Shown here piece by piece: positions 17,678 through 27,299 of a stretch of DNA of 64,000 nt. Each line of letters begins with the position of its first letter. Positions within the stretch are counted from its first letter, which is position 1. The notes beneath the pieces were generated by a model that ran no database searches, was not told the DNA's origin, and was given only the letters and a program-made list of their open reading frames with translations. This DNA comes from a virus. Lineage: Duplodnaviria > Caudoviricetes. The stretch is from the IMG/VR virus record IMGVR_UViG_3300013121_000041, positions 1-64,000 of that record. One strand, 5' to 3'. A program made the position numbers and the translations under genes.

Positions 17678-19284
17678 TGTTTTACAATGGCAAGGAAAAT
17701 CTCCGTGAGGCCGGGGTCGCCATCCCACTGACGGAAGAACAGATTCTCGAATGGCAACGCTGTTCAGAGGACTACGAATATTTCATCGAAAACTACGTGA
17801 AGGTCCTCGATGCAGATAGTCGATTGATGATCCTATTCAAACTCAGATCATATCAAAAAAAACTCCTCGATACCATACACAACTCACGGTGGAGTTGCGT
17901 TAAATTTTCCCGTCAGAGTGGAAAATCAACCTCAACGATGGCTTATTTTTTGTGGGCCATGATATTTCATGAAAATTATTCCGCGCTGATCGCCGCGAAC
18001 AAGTTGTCGTCGGCGTCTGAAATCATGTCGCGCATGAAATCGGCGTATGAAGAGCTTCCCTATTGGATAAAACCCGGCGTCATAAATTGGTCGACCCTGT
18101 CGATAGGTTTCGAAAATGGTAGTAAGGTGCGAGCGGAGGCTACGACGTCAAACTCAGGGCGTTCCGGAACCTACAATGCCGTGATGCTCGACGAGTTTGC
18201 ATTCATAAAAAAAACCGTCGCCGATGAGTTTTTCGCTTCGGCCCTTCCGACCATCACGGCCGGTGACACCACTAAGCTGGTCGTCATTTCAACGCCGAAC
18301 GGCACGAACCTATTTCACAAACTCTGGACGGACGGTGTGAATGGAAAAAATGGGTTTTCCACGGTAGACGTTCTATGGAGTGATGTGCCCGGAAGAGATG
18401 AAAATTTCAAACGGTCCATGATCGAAAAAATCGGCATCGACAAATGGATGCAAGAATTTGAAGGTGAATTCGTCGGCGCATCAAACTCATTGATCGCCAT
18501 GACGACCCTAAAAACACTCACATCAAATCCGGAAATCAAGCGGATCGAAGACCTCCACATCTGGGAAGAACCGATCGACGATCACACGTATTTCATCACG
18601 GTCGATACGTCTCGTGGCAAGGGGCTCGACTATTCTGCGTTCATCGTGTTTGACGTCACGGAATGGCCGATTCGCGTCGTCGCCCGGTATCGTAATGACA
18701 CGATCCCCGTCATGTTATATCCATCGAAAATTCACGCCGCCGCAAGACATTACAATAACGCGATGGTCCTCGTCGAAACGAACGACGCGGGCGGACAGGT
18801 TGCAGACATCCTCCATTGGGAATTGGAGTGCGAGAACGTCATGTTCACGACCGCCCATCAAGGCAAGAGTGCGACGCTCGAAGGAATGGGTGGTAAAGAC
18901 GTTGGCGTCAGAACGACGTCATCCGTCAAAAGAGTCGGATGTGCCAACCTCAAGGCGATCGTCGAATCTGGCGGGATCGTCCTCAACGACGAGGCCCTGA
19001 TCGACGAATTGCGGAATTTCGTCATGACGAAGGCCAGTTATGCGGCGATGGAAGGGTACAACGACGATCTGGTGATGTGCTGCGTGTTGATGGCTTGGGC
19101 CACCACCCAACAATACTATAAAGACGTCACGAACACAGACGTTAGAAATGATACGTTCAAACGGCAGATCGAGCAAATTGCGGAAGAACTTCCCCCGGCC
19201 GGTTACGTCAGCGGTGCCGAAGAGAAAGAATCCAAAATCGTCACGGACCCGAAAGACGAATTTTTCGGCTGGTCGAAGTCCTGA
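17677..19284 (+). CDS. gp17: Terminase large subunit
   Basis: True start MFYNGKENL at 17677; RQSGKS Walker A, LDEFAF Walker B, ISTPNG, VDTSRGKGLDYSAF, DDLVM. Confidence 0.96.
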   Translation: MFYNGKENLREAGVAIPLTEEQILEWQRCSEDYEYFIENYVKVLDADSRLMILFKLRSYQKKLLDTIHNSRWSCVKFSRQSGKSTSTMAYFLWAMIFHENYSALIAANKLSSASEIMSRMKSAYEELPYWIKPGVINWSTLSIGFENGSKVRAEATTSNSGRSGTYNAVMLDEFAFIKKTVADEFFASALPTITAGDTTKLVVISTPNGTNLFHKLWTDGVNGKNGFSTVDVLWSDVPGRDENFKRSMIEKIGIDKWMQEFEGEFVGASNSLIAMTTLKTLTSNPEIKRIEDLHIWEEPIDDHTYFITVDTSRGKGLDYSAFIVFDVTEWPIRVVARYRNDTIPVMLYPSKIHAAARHYNNAMVLVETNDAGGQVADILHWELECENVMFTTAHQGKSATLEGMGGKDVGVRTTSSVKRVGCANLKAIVESGGIVLNDEALIDELRNFVMTKASYAAMEGYNDDLVMCCVLMAWATTQQYYKDVTNTDVRNDTFKRQIEQIAEELPPAGYVSGAEEKESKIVTDPKDEFFGWSKS

Positions 19285-19925
19285 GCGTGCCAGACCCCGG
19301 CCGCATCGATGAAATTCGGGAGGTGGTCGCGACATTTGCCCGCGAACACCTGCAACTGGGCGGCCTCATCAACGACGACGACGCGAAACGATTCGACATC
19401 GACCCCCGTCATCTCCCGCAGACACTCGGCATACGCCGCGCACTGCATGAAGTAATTGCCGATCCAATGGGCCTTCTTCGGTTTCAGACTCGTCTTGAAA
19501 TCGACGACCGTCGGCACACCATTGACGACGCCGATCAGATCGGTCGCACCCGCCACCCCCATATCGTGGGAATAGACCGACCCTTCGATGTACCAGATTT
19601 CATCTAGGTTGGCGTCGAGCCAACGACCGATGGGCGTGAATAGATGGGAAAATCGGCCATCCGTAACGGTCTTACCAAGAAGATAATCCTCGGCCATCGC
19701 GTGGACGGCGTTCCCCCTTTCGGAAGACGACGCCCTGATGCGCTCGGCTTCGGCTTCGCCGACCCTCGCTACCCACGCGGCTATACCGGCCTGCGACAAT
19801 TGCCCTAGGACCGTCGTCACCGACGGATAGACGTCACCGCGCGCCGTCACATAACGACGCCCGGCGGGCGTGCTGACGCGCTGTATTTTTTCCAGTTGTG
19901 TCGGAGGTCGGATCGGGAACGCCAT
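19203..19925 (-). CDS. PD-(D/E)XK exonuclease
   Basis: YPSVTTVL, RGNAVH..EDYL, AGATDLI..DFKTS, YFMQCAAYA. Confidence 0.85.
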   Translation of the reverse strand: MAFPIRPPTQLEKIQRVSTPAGRRYVTARGDVYPSVTTVLGQLSQAGIAAWVARVGEAEAERIRASSSERGNAVHAMAEDYLLGKTVTDGRFSHLFTPIGRWLDANLDEIWYIEGSVYSHDMGVAGATDLIGVVNGVPTVVDFKTSLKPKKAHWIGNYFMQCAAYAECLREMTGVDVESFRVVVVDEAAQLQVFAGKCRDHLPNFIDAAGVWHAQDFDQPKNSSFGSVTILDSFSSAPLT

Positions 19926-20164
19926 CAGATCGACGAGATGTTCCCCGTGTCGATCTTCGCCCCACGGTTGTTCTTCTTGATTTTCTTTAGGACTTCACGG
20001 AAACCGCTTGGCATTTTCTTACGTGACCAAGGATCGCCGATGTGAACAGCGACGATGACCTGTTCAACGTTCTCGTCTTTCAGTAGGGTTTCCATCTCGG
20101 CGATGGACATCATGTCTGTCCACTCTTCGCCGGTCGTTTTATTTCGAAATGTGTACGTCGGCAT
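19925..20164 (-). CDS. Conserved T4-like small protein (MPTY.F.N..TGE, FmdB-like)
   Basis: MPTYTFRNKTTGEEW..MSIAE..GFREVLKKI. Confidence 0.65.
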   Translation of the reverse strand: MPTYTFRNKTTGEEWTDMMSIAEMETLLKDENVEQVIVAVHIGDPWSRKKMPSGFREVLKKIKKNNRGAKIDTGNISSI

Positions 20165-20446
20165 CACCAATCTTGCCTCGGCTGTTCCTCTATTCCGATG
20201 ATCTGCATTCCTGAATGAATGTGAAAATCGCGCACTGTGTTTGGGGCGACGATTTCCGTTCGAACGTGCTTTTCATGAGTAGGCTCACCATCTTTGATCG
20301 TTACGAGCACGGGCCATCCTGCGTGTTATCTCCAAGAATTGGCGAAGCTTCAAGTGTCGTCGGGCACAACGATCCACATTCGCGCCTGTTATTGAATGTG
20401 TCAACACCGCGTCCGACGATTTCAATATAATCGAGATTTTCGCCCA

Positions 20447-20776
20447 TCACTTCCGCTCGTTCCTATTTCCACGATTGCGCCGTCCGTCAAGATGGAACGG
20501 CACATTTCCGGCGAGACATTGTTTCATCCAAACTTCCTGCTCGCCGTGAATTTCAAAATGGACGCCGCGAATCCACCCGAGGCGATAGCAGTCGCCGAAC
20601 GTCGGCGGATTGCTGTACTCGCGTTCCAGCGCCGGGTCCAATTCTCCCATGAGGATGGCCGAAGCCTGTCCAGACGAGAGTGTCACGGCAACGGCGATCA
20701 ATGCAATCCAACTGAACTTCTTCATCATCTCCCCTACAAATATGGCAGTCATCATTCCATAATATACGGAAATCAT
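20447..20776 (-). CDS. Hypothetical secreted protein
   Basis: Signal-peptide-like MKKFSWIALIAVAVTLSSGQASA; start probably internal. Confidence 0.5.
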   Translation of the reverse strand: MISVYYGMMTAIFVGEMMKKFSWIALIAVAVTLSSGQASAILMGELDPALEREYSNPPTFGDCYRLGWIRGVHFEIHGEQEVWMKQCLAGNVPFHLDGRRNRGNRNERK

Positions 20777-20782
20777 AAAATG

Positions 20783-21091
20783 TCAAGACCGCCTCACGGA
20801 GAGGAGTTCCTCGAAAAATTTCACGTTGAAATCTAGGCCAATGGCCTGTGCGACGATGCACACCTCGCCGTCTGGAGCAACACTGACGATCAGGGCCGCC
20901 CCACCCTTGGCGGCGAACAGGACGATGTCATGGGGAACGCCCGCCTTCGCTGTTTTGGCGCTGGCCACCATCTGATGGCCGCTGTCCTCGATGATCTTCA
21001 AGAATGCGTCCATGGGAACGCACGGCGTCGCCTGTGCCACGGCGGCCGTCGACCAGATGCAGATGATCAACGCGAAGACGATCTTTCCCAT
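20783..21091 (-). CDS. Hypothetical secreted protein
   Basis: Signal peptide; ATAAATA immediately upstream. Confidence 0.55.
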   Translation of the reverse strand: MGKIVFALIICIWSTAAVAQATPCVPMDAFLKIIEDSGHQMVASAKTAKAGVPHDIVLFAAKGGAALIVSVAPDGEVCIVAQAIGLDFNVKFFEELLSVRRS

Positions 21092-21098
21092 CCCGTAT

Positions 21099-21662
21099 TT
21101 ATGGAAATACCAAATCGCCCGAAAGTGATTTTCCGGCGGTTATGTCCCATATGACGTCGTAAATGATTTTACCGGAGACGACGCCAACGTAACAGTGTCC
21201 GTCTTCTAATTTAATTTCTCTCAGAAAACATGGGGACCATCGCTCGGTGACTCCCGTTGGTGACGACGCCATAAACCAATCATCGGTATAATGAAATTTG
21301 AACCTCCGCAGACGGACGGTCCCGTTATTTTTCTCATGCCGTTGAATTTTACCGTCAACGTCAGCATCACACGCAGCAAGCACATCGATTAATTTGACCC
21401 CGATAAATTCCGGGGGCCACCAATAATGATAATCGGTGGCGGACACGACGGCATCGGGTGGCAATGTCGGTATATCTTCCAACCGACTCACTCCGATCAC
21501 CCGGCGCTCGCCGTTCTCGACGACCATCACCTGTCGTTTCGTCGCCGCGACGGCTTCGATGGAAGCCATTTTAACGGCATTCTTTTTTATTATGTAAGGA
21601 ATGACGCCGTCCGGAAATTTGTTCACAACCGTAGCGTTTCCATAAAAAACGACGGACATCAA
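21099..21662 (-). CDS. Hypothetical protein
   Basis: 187-aa ORF in a tightly packed operon. Confidence 0.55.
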   Translation of the reverse strand: MMSVVFYGNATVVNKFPDGVIPYIIKKNAVKMASIEAVAATKRQVMVVENGERRVIGVSRLEDIPTLPPDAVVSATDYHYWWPPEFIGVKLIDVLAACDADVDGKIQRHEKNNGTVRLRRFKFHYTDDWFMASSPTGVTERWSPCFLREIKLEDGHCYVGVVSGKIIYDVIWDITAGKSLSGDLVFP

Positions 21663-22129
21663 CCAACTTTACTTTGATTGGCCGGGTCCTCGCGCTTCCA
21701 TTTGTCGGCGAGGTCTGGGAACGCCTCCTCGATGATCTTCCGATCGAGATTATCGAACGGCAACTTCCCGTCCTTCATGGCGCAGACGAGCGTCGCGTCT
21801 GACGGATGGAGAGTTTCCAACATACGGAGGAACATCGACTCCCGCTTGAGTGGGGTCATCTTCGGATATGGCCCCACATTGAGGTAATTCGGGAGACGTT
21901 TGATCTCCTGCCGCAGGCGCATGACCGTCACACTTCGTTCTTCTTTCGTCGGCGTGAACGGAGGTGTGCCGGGCGGCAGCATCCATTTGATCTTCGGGTG
22001 GAACGTCACGTTGAGGAGAAACTTTAATTCGTCGCTCCCGTATTTGCGCAGGAGTTCAACGCGAGATTTCTTCAAACGCAGTTTCGACACTTCTTCGAGA
22101 ATTTCATAAAACGTCTGGCGTTTCTGCAT
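21659..22129 (-). CDS. Conserved T4-like hypothetical protein (DUF6433-like)
   Basis: Start MQKRQTF after GAGGT; W.LP.G.PPF, KRESMF..LE.LHP.DA. Confidence 0.7.
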   Translation of the reverse strand: MQKRQTFYEILEEVSKLRLKKSRVELLRKYGSDELKFLLNVTFHPKIKWMLPPGTPPFTPTKEERSVTVMRLRQEIKRLPNYLNVGPYPKMTPLKRESMFLRMLETLHPSDATLVCAMKDGKLPFDNLDRKIIEEAFPDLADKWKREDPANQSKVG

Positions 22130-22142
22130 CACGACCTCTGTA

Positions 22143-22533
22143 AAGTGGGGGCTTCTGTTGCCGGGTGCCCCCTTACCCCGAACGGTCACGCCGCGAGGCG
22201 CACTTCGTTCAGGACACCATTATCGTTGGCATCTATCATCGGGCCATTCATGGGAGCCACCCCAAGCACAAGACTGGAAACCCATCCATCGTCGATCCTA
22301 TTTCGCCCCCAACAAGAACACACCACCAATTTCCTGATCCACTTCCGGGCGTGGTGCACCACGATCCCTTACCTCGATCTTCCACGGACCCAGTAGTCCG
22401 GGCTGGTGTGTTCATGGTGGAGGCGGTGGGTACTGCCCCCACGTCCGATCAAACTTCCTTCCAATCCTTCAGCGCCATCTTCCCTCACGGGAACCAAAAC
22501 AGTGAGGACTTCACACAATGCCACCAGACGGAG
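22143..22533 (-). ncRNA. ssrA: Circularly permuted two-piece tmRNA (alphaproteobacterial type)
   Basis: Acceptor piece ends GGACGTGGGGGCAGTACCCACCGCCTCCACCA at 22415. Intervening segment 22414-22311. Coding piece starts GGGGGCGAAATAGGATCGAC at 22310. Tag ANDNGVLNEVRLAA* at 22230-22186. G3:U70 pair in a 7-bp acceptor stem. Outer ends approximate. Confidence 0.95.
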
Positions 22534-22545
22534 TATTAGCTGATG

Positions 22546-22893
22546 CTATTCCCCATCTTCTGGAAAATCTCCAGCAGCGTCATCCGCATCGTCCAGAGAA
22601 TGTAACTCGTCGACGTACCCCTGTAAAGGGTGATATTTTCCGACCGATCTGAGGAGGGCACTCTTGAACGATTCGTAAGTCAAATCGATGTCACGAAAAA
22701 CGTCCTTATCGATCGGAAATCCACGGTTAGTGATGTGATGGATCAACTGTTTGACGTAATGGAAGGCGATCTTGTCGATGTCCTCTTTACTGATCGTCTC
22801 AGGATCGATCCTGTCGCCGGGTGCCCTCTTGACGTTCGGATAGATGAGTACCGGGTCGTGTTTTTCGTCGGCTGTCATCAGATTCACTTTCAT
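22546..22893 (-). CDS. Hypothetical protein (late promoter)
   Basis: ATAAATA (22906-22912) and GAGGT RBS upstream; ..ESFKSALLR..HPLQ.. Confidence 0.65.
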   Translation of the reverse strand: MKVNLMTADEKHDPVLIYPNVKRAPGDRIDPETISKEDIDKIAFHYVKQLIHHITNRGFPIDKDVFRDIDLTYESFKSALLRSVGKYHPLQGYVDELHSLDDADDAAGDFPEDGE

Positions 22894-22908
22894 GTTTACC
22901 TCACCTAT

Positions 22909-25437
22909 TTATCCGAACGGCAATGGGCCGTCTGGATTGGTCTTGACGGCAGTTTCCTTCGTCTTCTTCAACGCCTTCCCTTTTTTATCACCACCGTCCG
23001 GTGATAATTCACCAGTTTCTATCCTCCCCATTCGATCTGTGATGTCCCTCTGATATTCCCCCTCCCGTTCGATCAGAATGACCCTCATACCCTCGAAGAT
23101 TGCCGCCTGACCCGTCGTTCCCGATCCTGCGAACGGATCGAGGATGGTACCTCCGGGAGGACAGACCAATCGACAGAGCCACCCCACTAAATCGACAGGC
23201 TTTACGGTATTATGAGACATACCAACCACCGTCTGAAATGTGTGCCTATTCTCGATAGTTATGTTCCAAACCTCACCATGATAATCCTGTTTCGTGACAG
23301 ACTTCACACGACGGATAGAATAAACACACGAACCCCACTTAACAAAACGTGTCCTATTCTGTTTGCCTATCGGCCGCACGAACTTCCCGGAGTCGTGTTC
23401 AGCGTCGAAATAGATAGAAAAATAGACACCATGTTTAATTGGTCGGCCTCCGATATATGTGATCTTACCACCATCGTCGTAACGATAAACAGAAGCCCTC
23501 ATACCCAACGATTCTGTTAGCAATGGTAACGTACTCGCGAGACGTAAAGACGCCGTCTTGGCACGGTATTTATTCCGCACCCGACAACCGTCTCCGGCAA
23601 GAAACCCAAGGAGAAATGCTCTGCGCTTTTCATCAGATTGTGCGAGGACTTCTGGTGAAACGTACTTATTACGTGCACCGCGCCCGCAAAGCGATACAAA
23701 CCGATTAATGACGCCGGAAACAAATACGACGACGTTTATCGCACCACAGTTAGGCTTCTCATAAACCTTTACGTTACCGAACACACGACGCAGTGTTTCA
23801 ACATGTTCGATTTCGTGTGCCGCAAGTGTGTATTGAGGAAAATCATTTCCACGCCCGTTTGTCAAAACTGTTCCTTCGGCCATCCACAGACCGGCTGCAA
23901 ACCACCAATCGGCGCTTTCTTCGGTCGACACTTCCTGTAACGCCGCTACCGGCGTCATCAGATAATCTCCAACACCAATGCTATCGGCATTGATCCACGA
24001 TGCCTCACCAACGCCTATTGTATCACTTACACGACCATTTGGTCGCCAAACGAGAAATGGATGGTTGTTCGTTGCCCTCGTGCGCAAGTTCGTTCCTGCA
24101 ACACTGATCTCGAAGACTTGCGTGTTGCATGGTGACGGAAAACGATCGATGACACGGTGAAACTGCCCATCGTCCGCATATACCATCCGACCAACACCAA
24201 TCGTCTCGATTGGCTCGTACCCGGCATCGGTCAAAACAAGTTCTCCCGGAGGCAAACACGGGTGTTTGCTCCCACACCGATCCGCCTTGCTGGCCTTGGA
24301 TGAATAAAATAGGCGATGGTGTTCCGTCGACTCTCGTAGCCGCCCCGACATAGCGGCAAAATTTGTACTGCCTTCTTCAACGTATCTGGCGGTGGCCGAT
24401 CGTTCGCCGTCACGCCCATTGAACGTCGCAAAGAAACGGGAGGCCGATCCTTCGTCGCCGTATTCAACGTTCGGTGTTCCGACCGGACGGGATTCCGTAC
24501 CATAGGCGTTGGCACGATGACCTTTCGCCGTCGTCCTCTTGACGGCACCAGTCCCCGATTTGGTGTGGGGGAATATTTCGAGAACTTCGTCGGAACCGTC
24601 GTGGACGAGATTGGCTGGGAACCTTCCCACCGGGGAACTACCTACGACGGCATTTGGATCGATTGGAATACGACAGCCATCAATATTCAACGCCCCCGTT
24701 CCGTGTTCAAGGACATTTTCGGCGACGGTCCCTTCCGACAGGGGTTTACGGGCGAGGACGGCTGGTTCGACGGCGGGTTTCAGGGCCGTTCCAAATCCAT
24801 CCCAACGCTTCGCCTCTTCGGTTGCCGGGACAGTCTTGTAATGAGACGCCTCTCTCTTTTTTTCGTCGTACATCCACGGACGGTCAAATCCGAACATCGA
24901 TCCATTTTTGAAACCCATATGACCTTGCGTTTTACGCCCGACGAATTCTTCATGGCCGGGTTTAACGCCGACAACTTCACGCTCTGCACCGAATTTCTTG
25001 TCGATGGCCTTCGACACGTCCAACGATTTTGGCATCCCCTGTGCATAAACCCATGATACCATATCCCTGATCTCAAATCCGGCATCTTCGATGGAGATCG
25101 CCAGCCTATGGTATGTGCGCGTTCCAGCAAATGCGACGACGTGCCCGCCGGGTTTCAAAACGCGCAGAACTTCCACCCAGAATTCGTGGTTGTGGGCAAC
25201 GTCGCCGTTGTCCCACGACATTCCCATAAAGCCTTTGTCGCCAATCCGCGTTCTTCCGAATGGTGTCTTAGGATCGTTCTTACGCGGTGAACCGCCACGC
25301 GAGTTTTGCGTGAGGGCATAAGGGGGATCGGTCACGACGGCGTCGATTGAATTGTCGGGCAGCGTCTTGATAACATCGACACAATCACCGCAATGGAGGA
25401 CCGCCCGACCATCGAGAAATGATTTGGTTTCAGTCAC
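22909..25437 (-). CDS. N6A/N4C DNA methyltransferase (beta class) interrupted by an intein
   Basis: GDC..VTDPPY motif IV near the N-terminus; HP|TVKP..LDPFAGSGTT motif I near the C-terminus. Confidence 0.92.
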   Translation of the reverse strand: MTETKSFLDGRAVLHCGDCVDVIKTLPDNSIDAVVTDPPYALTQNSRGGSPRKNDPKTPFGRTRIGDKGFMGMSWDNGDVAHNHEFWVEVLRVLKPGGHVVAFAGTRTYHRLAISIEDAGFEIRDMVSWVYAQGMPKSLDVSKAIDKKFGAEREVVGVKPGHEEFVGRKTQGHMGFKNGSMFGFDRPWMYDEKKREASHYKTVPATEEAKRWDGFGTALKPAVEPAVLARKPLSEGTVAENVLEHGTGALNIDGCRIPIDPNAVVGSSPVGRFPANLVHDGSDEVLEIFPHTKSGTGAVKRTTAKGHRANAYGTESRPVGTPNVEYGDEGSASRFFATFNGRDGERSATARYVEEGSTNFAAMSGRLRESTEHHRLFYSSKASKADRCGSKHPCLPPGELVLTDAGYEPIETIGVGRMVYADDGQFHRVIDRFPSPCNTQVFEISVAGTNLRTRATNNHPFLVWRPNGRVSDTIGVGEASWINADSIGVGDYLMTPVAALQEVSTEESADWWFAAGLWMAEGTVLTNGRGNDFPQYTLAAHEIEHVETLRRVFGNVKVYEKPNCGAINVVVFVSGVINRFVSLCGRGARNKYVSPEVLAQSDEKRRAFLLGFLAGDGCRVRNKYRAKTASLRLASTLPLLTESLGMRASVYRYDDGGKITYIGGRPIKHGVYFSIYFDAEHDSGKFVRPIGKQNRTRFVKWGSCVYSIRRVKSVTKQDYHGEVWNITIENRHTFQTVVGMSHNTVKPVDLVGWLCRLVCPPGGTILDPFAGSGTTGQAAIFEGMRVILIEREGEYQRDITDRMGRIETGELSPDGGDKKGKALKKTKETAVKTNPDGPLPFG
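23209..24258 (-). mobile_element. Intein with LAGLIDADG homing endonuclease (350 aa)
   Basis: Starts CLPPGELVLT; block B ATNNHPF; GLWMAEG and GFLAGDG endonuclease motifs; VWNITIE..HTF..SHN followed by T(+1). Confidence 0.92.
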
Positions 25438-25449
25438 TATTTTATTCTC

Positions 25450-25782
25450 TCATATGATTATGTGTTCTGATTTGATGAACGTGACGTCGGCCTCAGCAAG
25501 GCCGTTGATTTTCAGCCACATCTGAAAAACGTACTGGGCGTCCATCCCCATCGCCCCTTCGTTATGTGGGTCGAGTCGATATTTTCTCCCAGATCGTGTC
25601 GTGGCGATATTCCCATCAAGTTTCACGATCTTGGATGAAACTCGACCCTCACCGCAATAGCCGACGATATGGTGGTCCCCGGATGGTGTTCGAAAAACTT
25701 CCCAAGATGACATGGATGTTCGTGGTTCGTCGCGAACGCTGTCTGGCTTCCATATTCCCCCAAACTGTCTTTCAGTCACCAT
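25450..25782 (-). CDS. Hypothetical protein
   Basis: H.VG..EGRVSS.I..TRSGR.Y.L pattern. Confidence 0.6.
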   Translation of the reverse strand: MVTERQFGGIWKPDSVRDEPRTSMSSWEVFRTPSGDHHIVGYCGEGRVSSKIVKLDGNIATTRSGRKYRLDPHNEGAMGMDAQYVFQMWLKINGLAEADVTFIKSEHIII

Positions 25783-25996
25783 TTTTCTTTCTCCACATCA
25801 AACGAGTTGTCGGACACACAGGTTCGTAGCCAGCGGCAAGCAATTCTTCTTCGGTGGAAGAAGCGTCCATCAGATTTTTTATAACGTCGTGTGGCATCGG
25901 CTGAACACCGACCAACTCTTCGGCGATTCTAGATGGGATGGTTTTCGACACGGCGTTTAATACCTCATCATCTTTCTTTCGAAATTTCATCTCCAT
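25772..25996 (-). CDS. Small protein with a gp23 Gol-peptide-like motif
   Basis: AGGAG RBS before ATG 25996; VLNAVSKTIPSRIAEELVGVQPM. Confidence 0.6.
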   Translation of the reverse strand: MEMKFRKKDDEVLNAVSKTIPSRIAEELVGVQPMPHDVIKNLMDASSTEEELLAAGYEPVCPTTRLMWRKKNGD

Positions 25997-26189
25997 ATCT
26001 CCTGATATAAAATGATGGACCATCCAATTGTCGGTATGATGACGGCCCCCAATAATACGATGCCGTAATTTTATCGTTCGATGGCAGTGTGACGACACCG
26101 ATCAATGCAACGGAGACCCAACCCAATGCGACCATGACTCCGAAGACGGCACCTAACAATGCAAATAAGAACGTCAGGATGATGGGCAT
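25968..26189 (-). CDS. Small membrane protein
   Basis: Hydrophobic N-terminal half; start overlaps the radical SAM stop. Confidence 0.45.
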   Translation of the reverse strand: MPIILTFLFALLGAVFGVMVALGWVSVALIGVVTLPSNDKITASYYWGPSSYRQLDGPSFYIRRYGDEISKER

Positions 26190-27124
26190 CAAAAATCCAT
26201 GCACTTTTCACAGATCGTTCCAGTCACATCCTTGTTTAGGTTTGCCCGGCGAATGTCTTGAAATTTCTCCGAATGCCACGCTTCCATGAACGACATTTCG
26301 TTAAGATTTCCCATATCAAATCTGTTATCGTGTGAAAAACAACAGGCCGACAGCCTACCATCGAACGTGATGTGTCCCTCCGTCATAATAGACCAACACG
26401 GCAGAGGATCGCGGAGGGCGTCCTGCCTGCCGCGATTACCCTGAACGAATTTCCAATCTTCGTTATTGACGAGGGCCGCCTGATTATACAGGGGGAGGGC
26501 GTACACTTCGTCGAGGTATGGACGCAGGGCGTCGACGTACTCACCGATGCGTTCGCCCTGTTGACCGTCGTAATTGATGTACGAACCGAACAGCCCACAC
26601 TTATATCCACCACGGTCACGAATTTCATGGGCGGCCTTCACGGAATCAGCGATCTTATGAAAGAGCGATCCCTTGACCTGTGCAATTTCCTTGAATTGTT
26701 CTTCGTCGGCGTAATTGAGGGAAAATTTGAGGGAGTCGAGACCGGCCTTAAAACACGCCTCTATCTTTTCTGGCGTCGATGCCGACCCGTTCGTCGTCAG
26801 AAACACGTAGGGGAAGCCGACGTCTTCCTTGGCGTAACGGATGGCTTCCGGCAACCAACTACACAGGAATGATTCCCCGAGGTAAAAGACGCCGAGTTCT
26901 TCGACGCCGGACTCACGCATTTCCTTAACGACCCTGCGGTAGAACGTCTGATCCATTTCGCCGACGGATCGCAACCTCTGTTGATGGGCGCAAAACGAAC
27001 AGGAAAAATTGCACCGACCGGTCAATTCAATCTTCACCGATTTCGGTGCCGGTGGCGTCACCGACGCATATTCCGGGGTGATCCCGGTGATCGCATCGAT
27101 CTTGTCTGTAATCGTGTATTTCAT
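26189..27124 (-). CDS. Radical SAM protein with SPASM/twitch domain
   Basis: ELTGRCNFSCSFC (CxxxCxxC), TTNG, C-terminal PC..DG..ACC..GNL..W..C..C. Confidence 0.9.
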   Translation of the reverse strand: MKYTITDKIDAITGITPEYASVTPPAPKSVKIELTGRCNFSCSFCAHQQRLRSVGEMDQTFYRRVVKEMRESGVEELGVFYLGESFLCSWLPEAIRYAKEDVGFPYVFLTTNGSASTPEKIEACFKAGLDSLKFSLNYADEEQFKEIAQVKGSLFHKIADSVKAAHEIRDRGGYKCGLFGSYINYDGQQGERIGEYVDALRPYLDEVYALPLYNQAALVNNEDWKFVQGNRGRQDALRDPLPCWSIMTEGHITFDGRLSACCFSHDNRFDMGNLNEMSFMEAWHSEKFQDIRRANLNKDVTGTICEKCMDF

Positions 27125-27299
27125 CTAAAATTCTCCATATAGAGACGGCCTTCGTGTCTCCCCGTGATGGCACATCTCATCAACACCACCAACGATCACA
27201 CGAACCACGTCCAATATCTTATTATATTTACCGAAACCATCCACCACCATTCTATATATCGGTCTTGACCTGACGATGAACGGTCTGACCGACACCATC

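Noticed and set aside
20170-20446. Short frames such as HAGWPVLVTIKD... in this gap
   Set aside because: No clean start or RBS; may be a decayed gene but cannot be supported.
22130-22189. Upstream start for ORF 21659-22189 and small ORFs across 22145-22539
   Set aside because: They lie within the tmRNA; the RBS supports ATG 22129.
24252-24269. 8-bp inverted repeat GCAAACAC-GG-GTGTTTGC across the intein N-junction
   Set aside because: Short, with a 2-nt loop, and explicable by chance within coding sequence.
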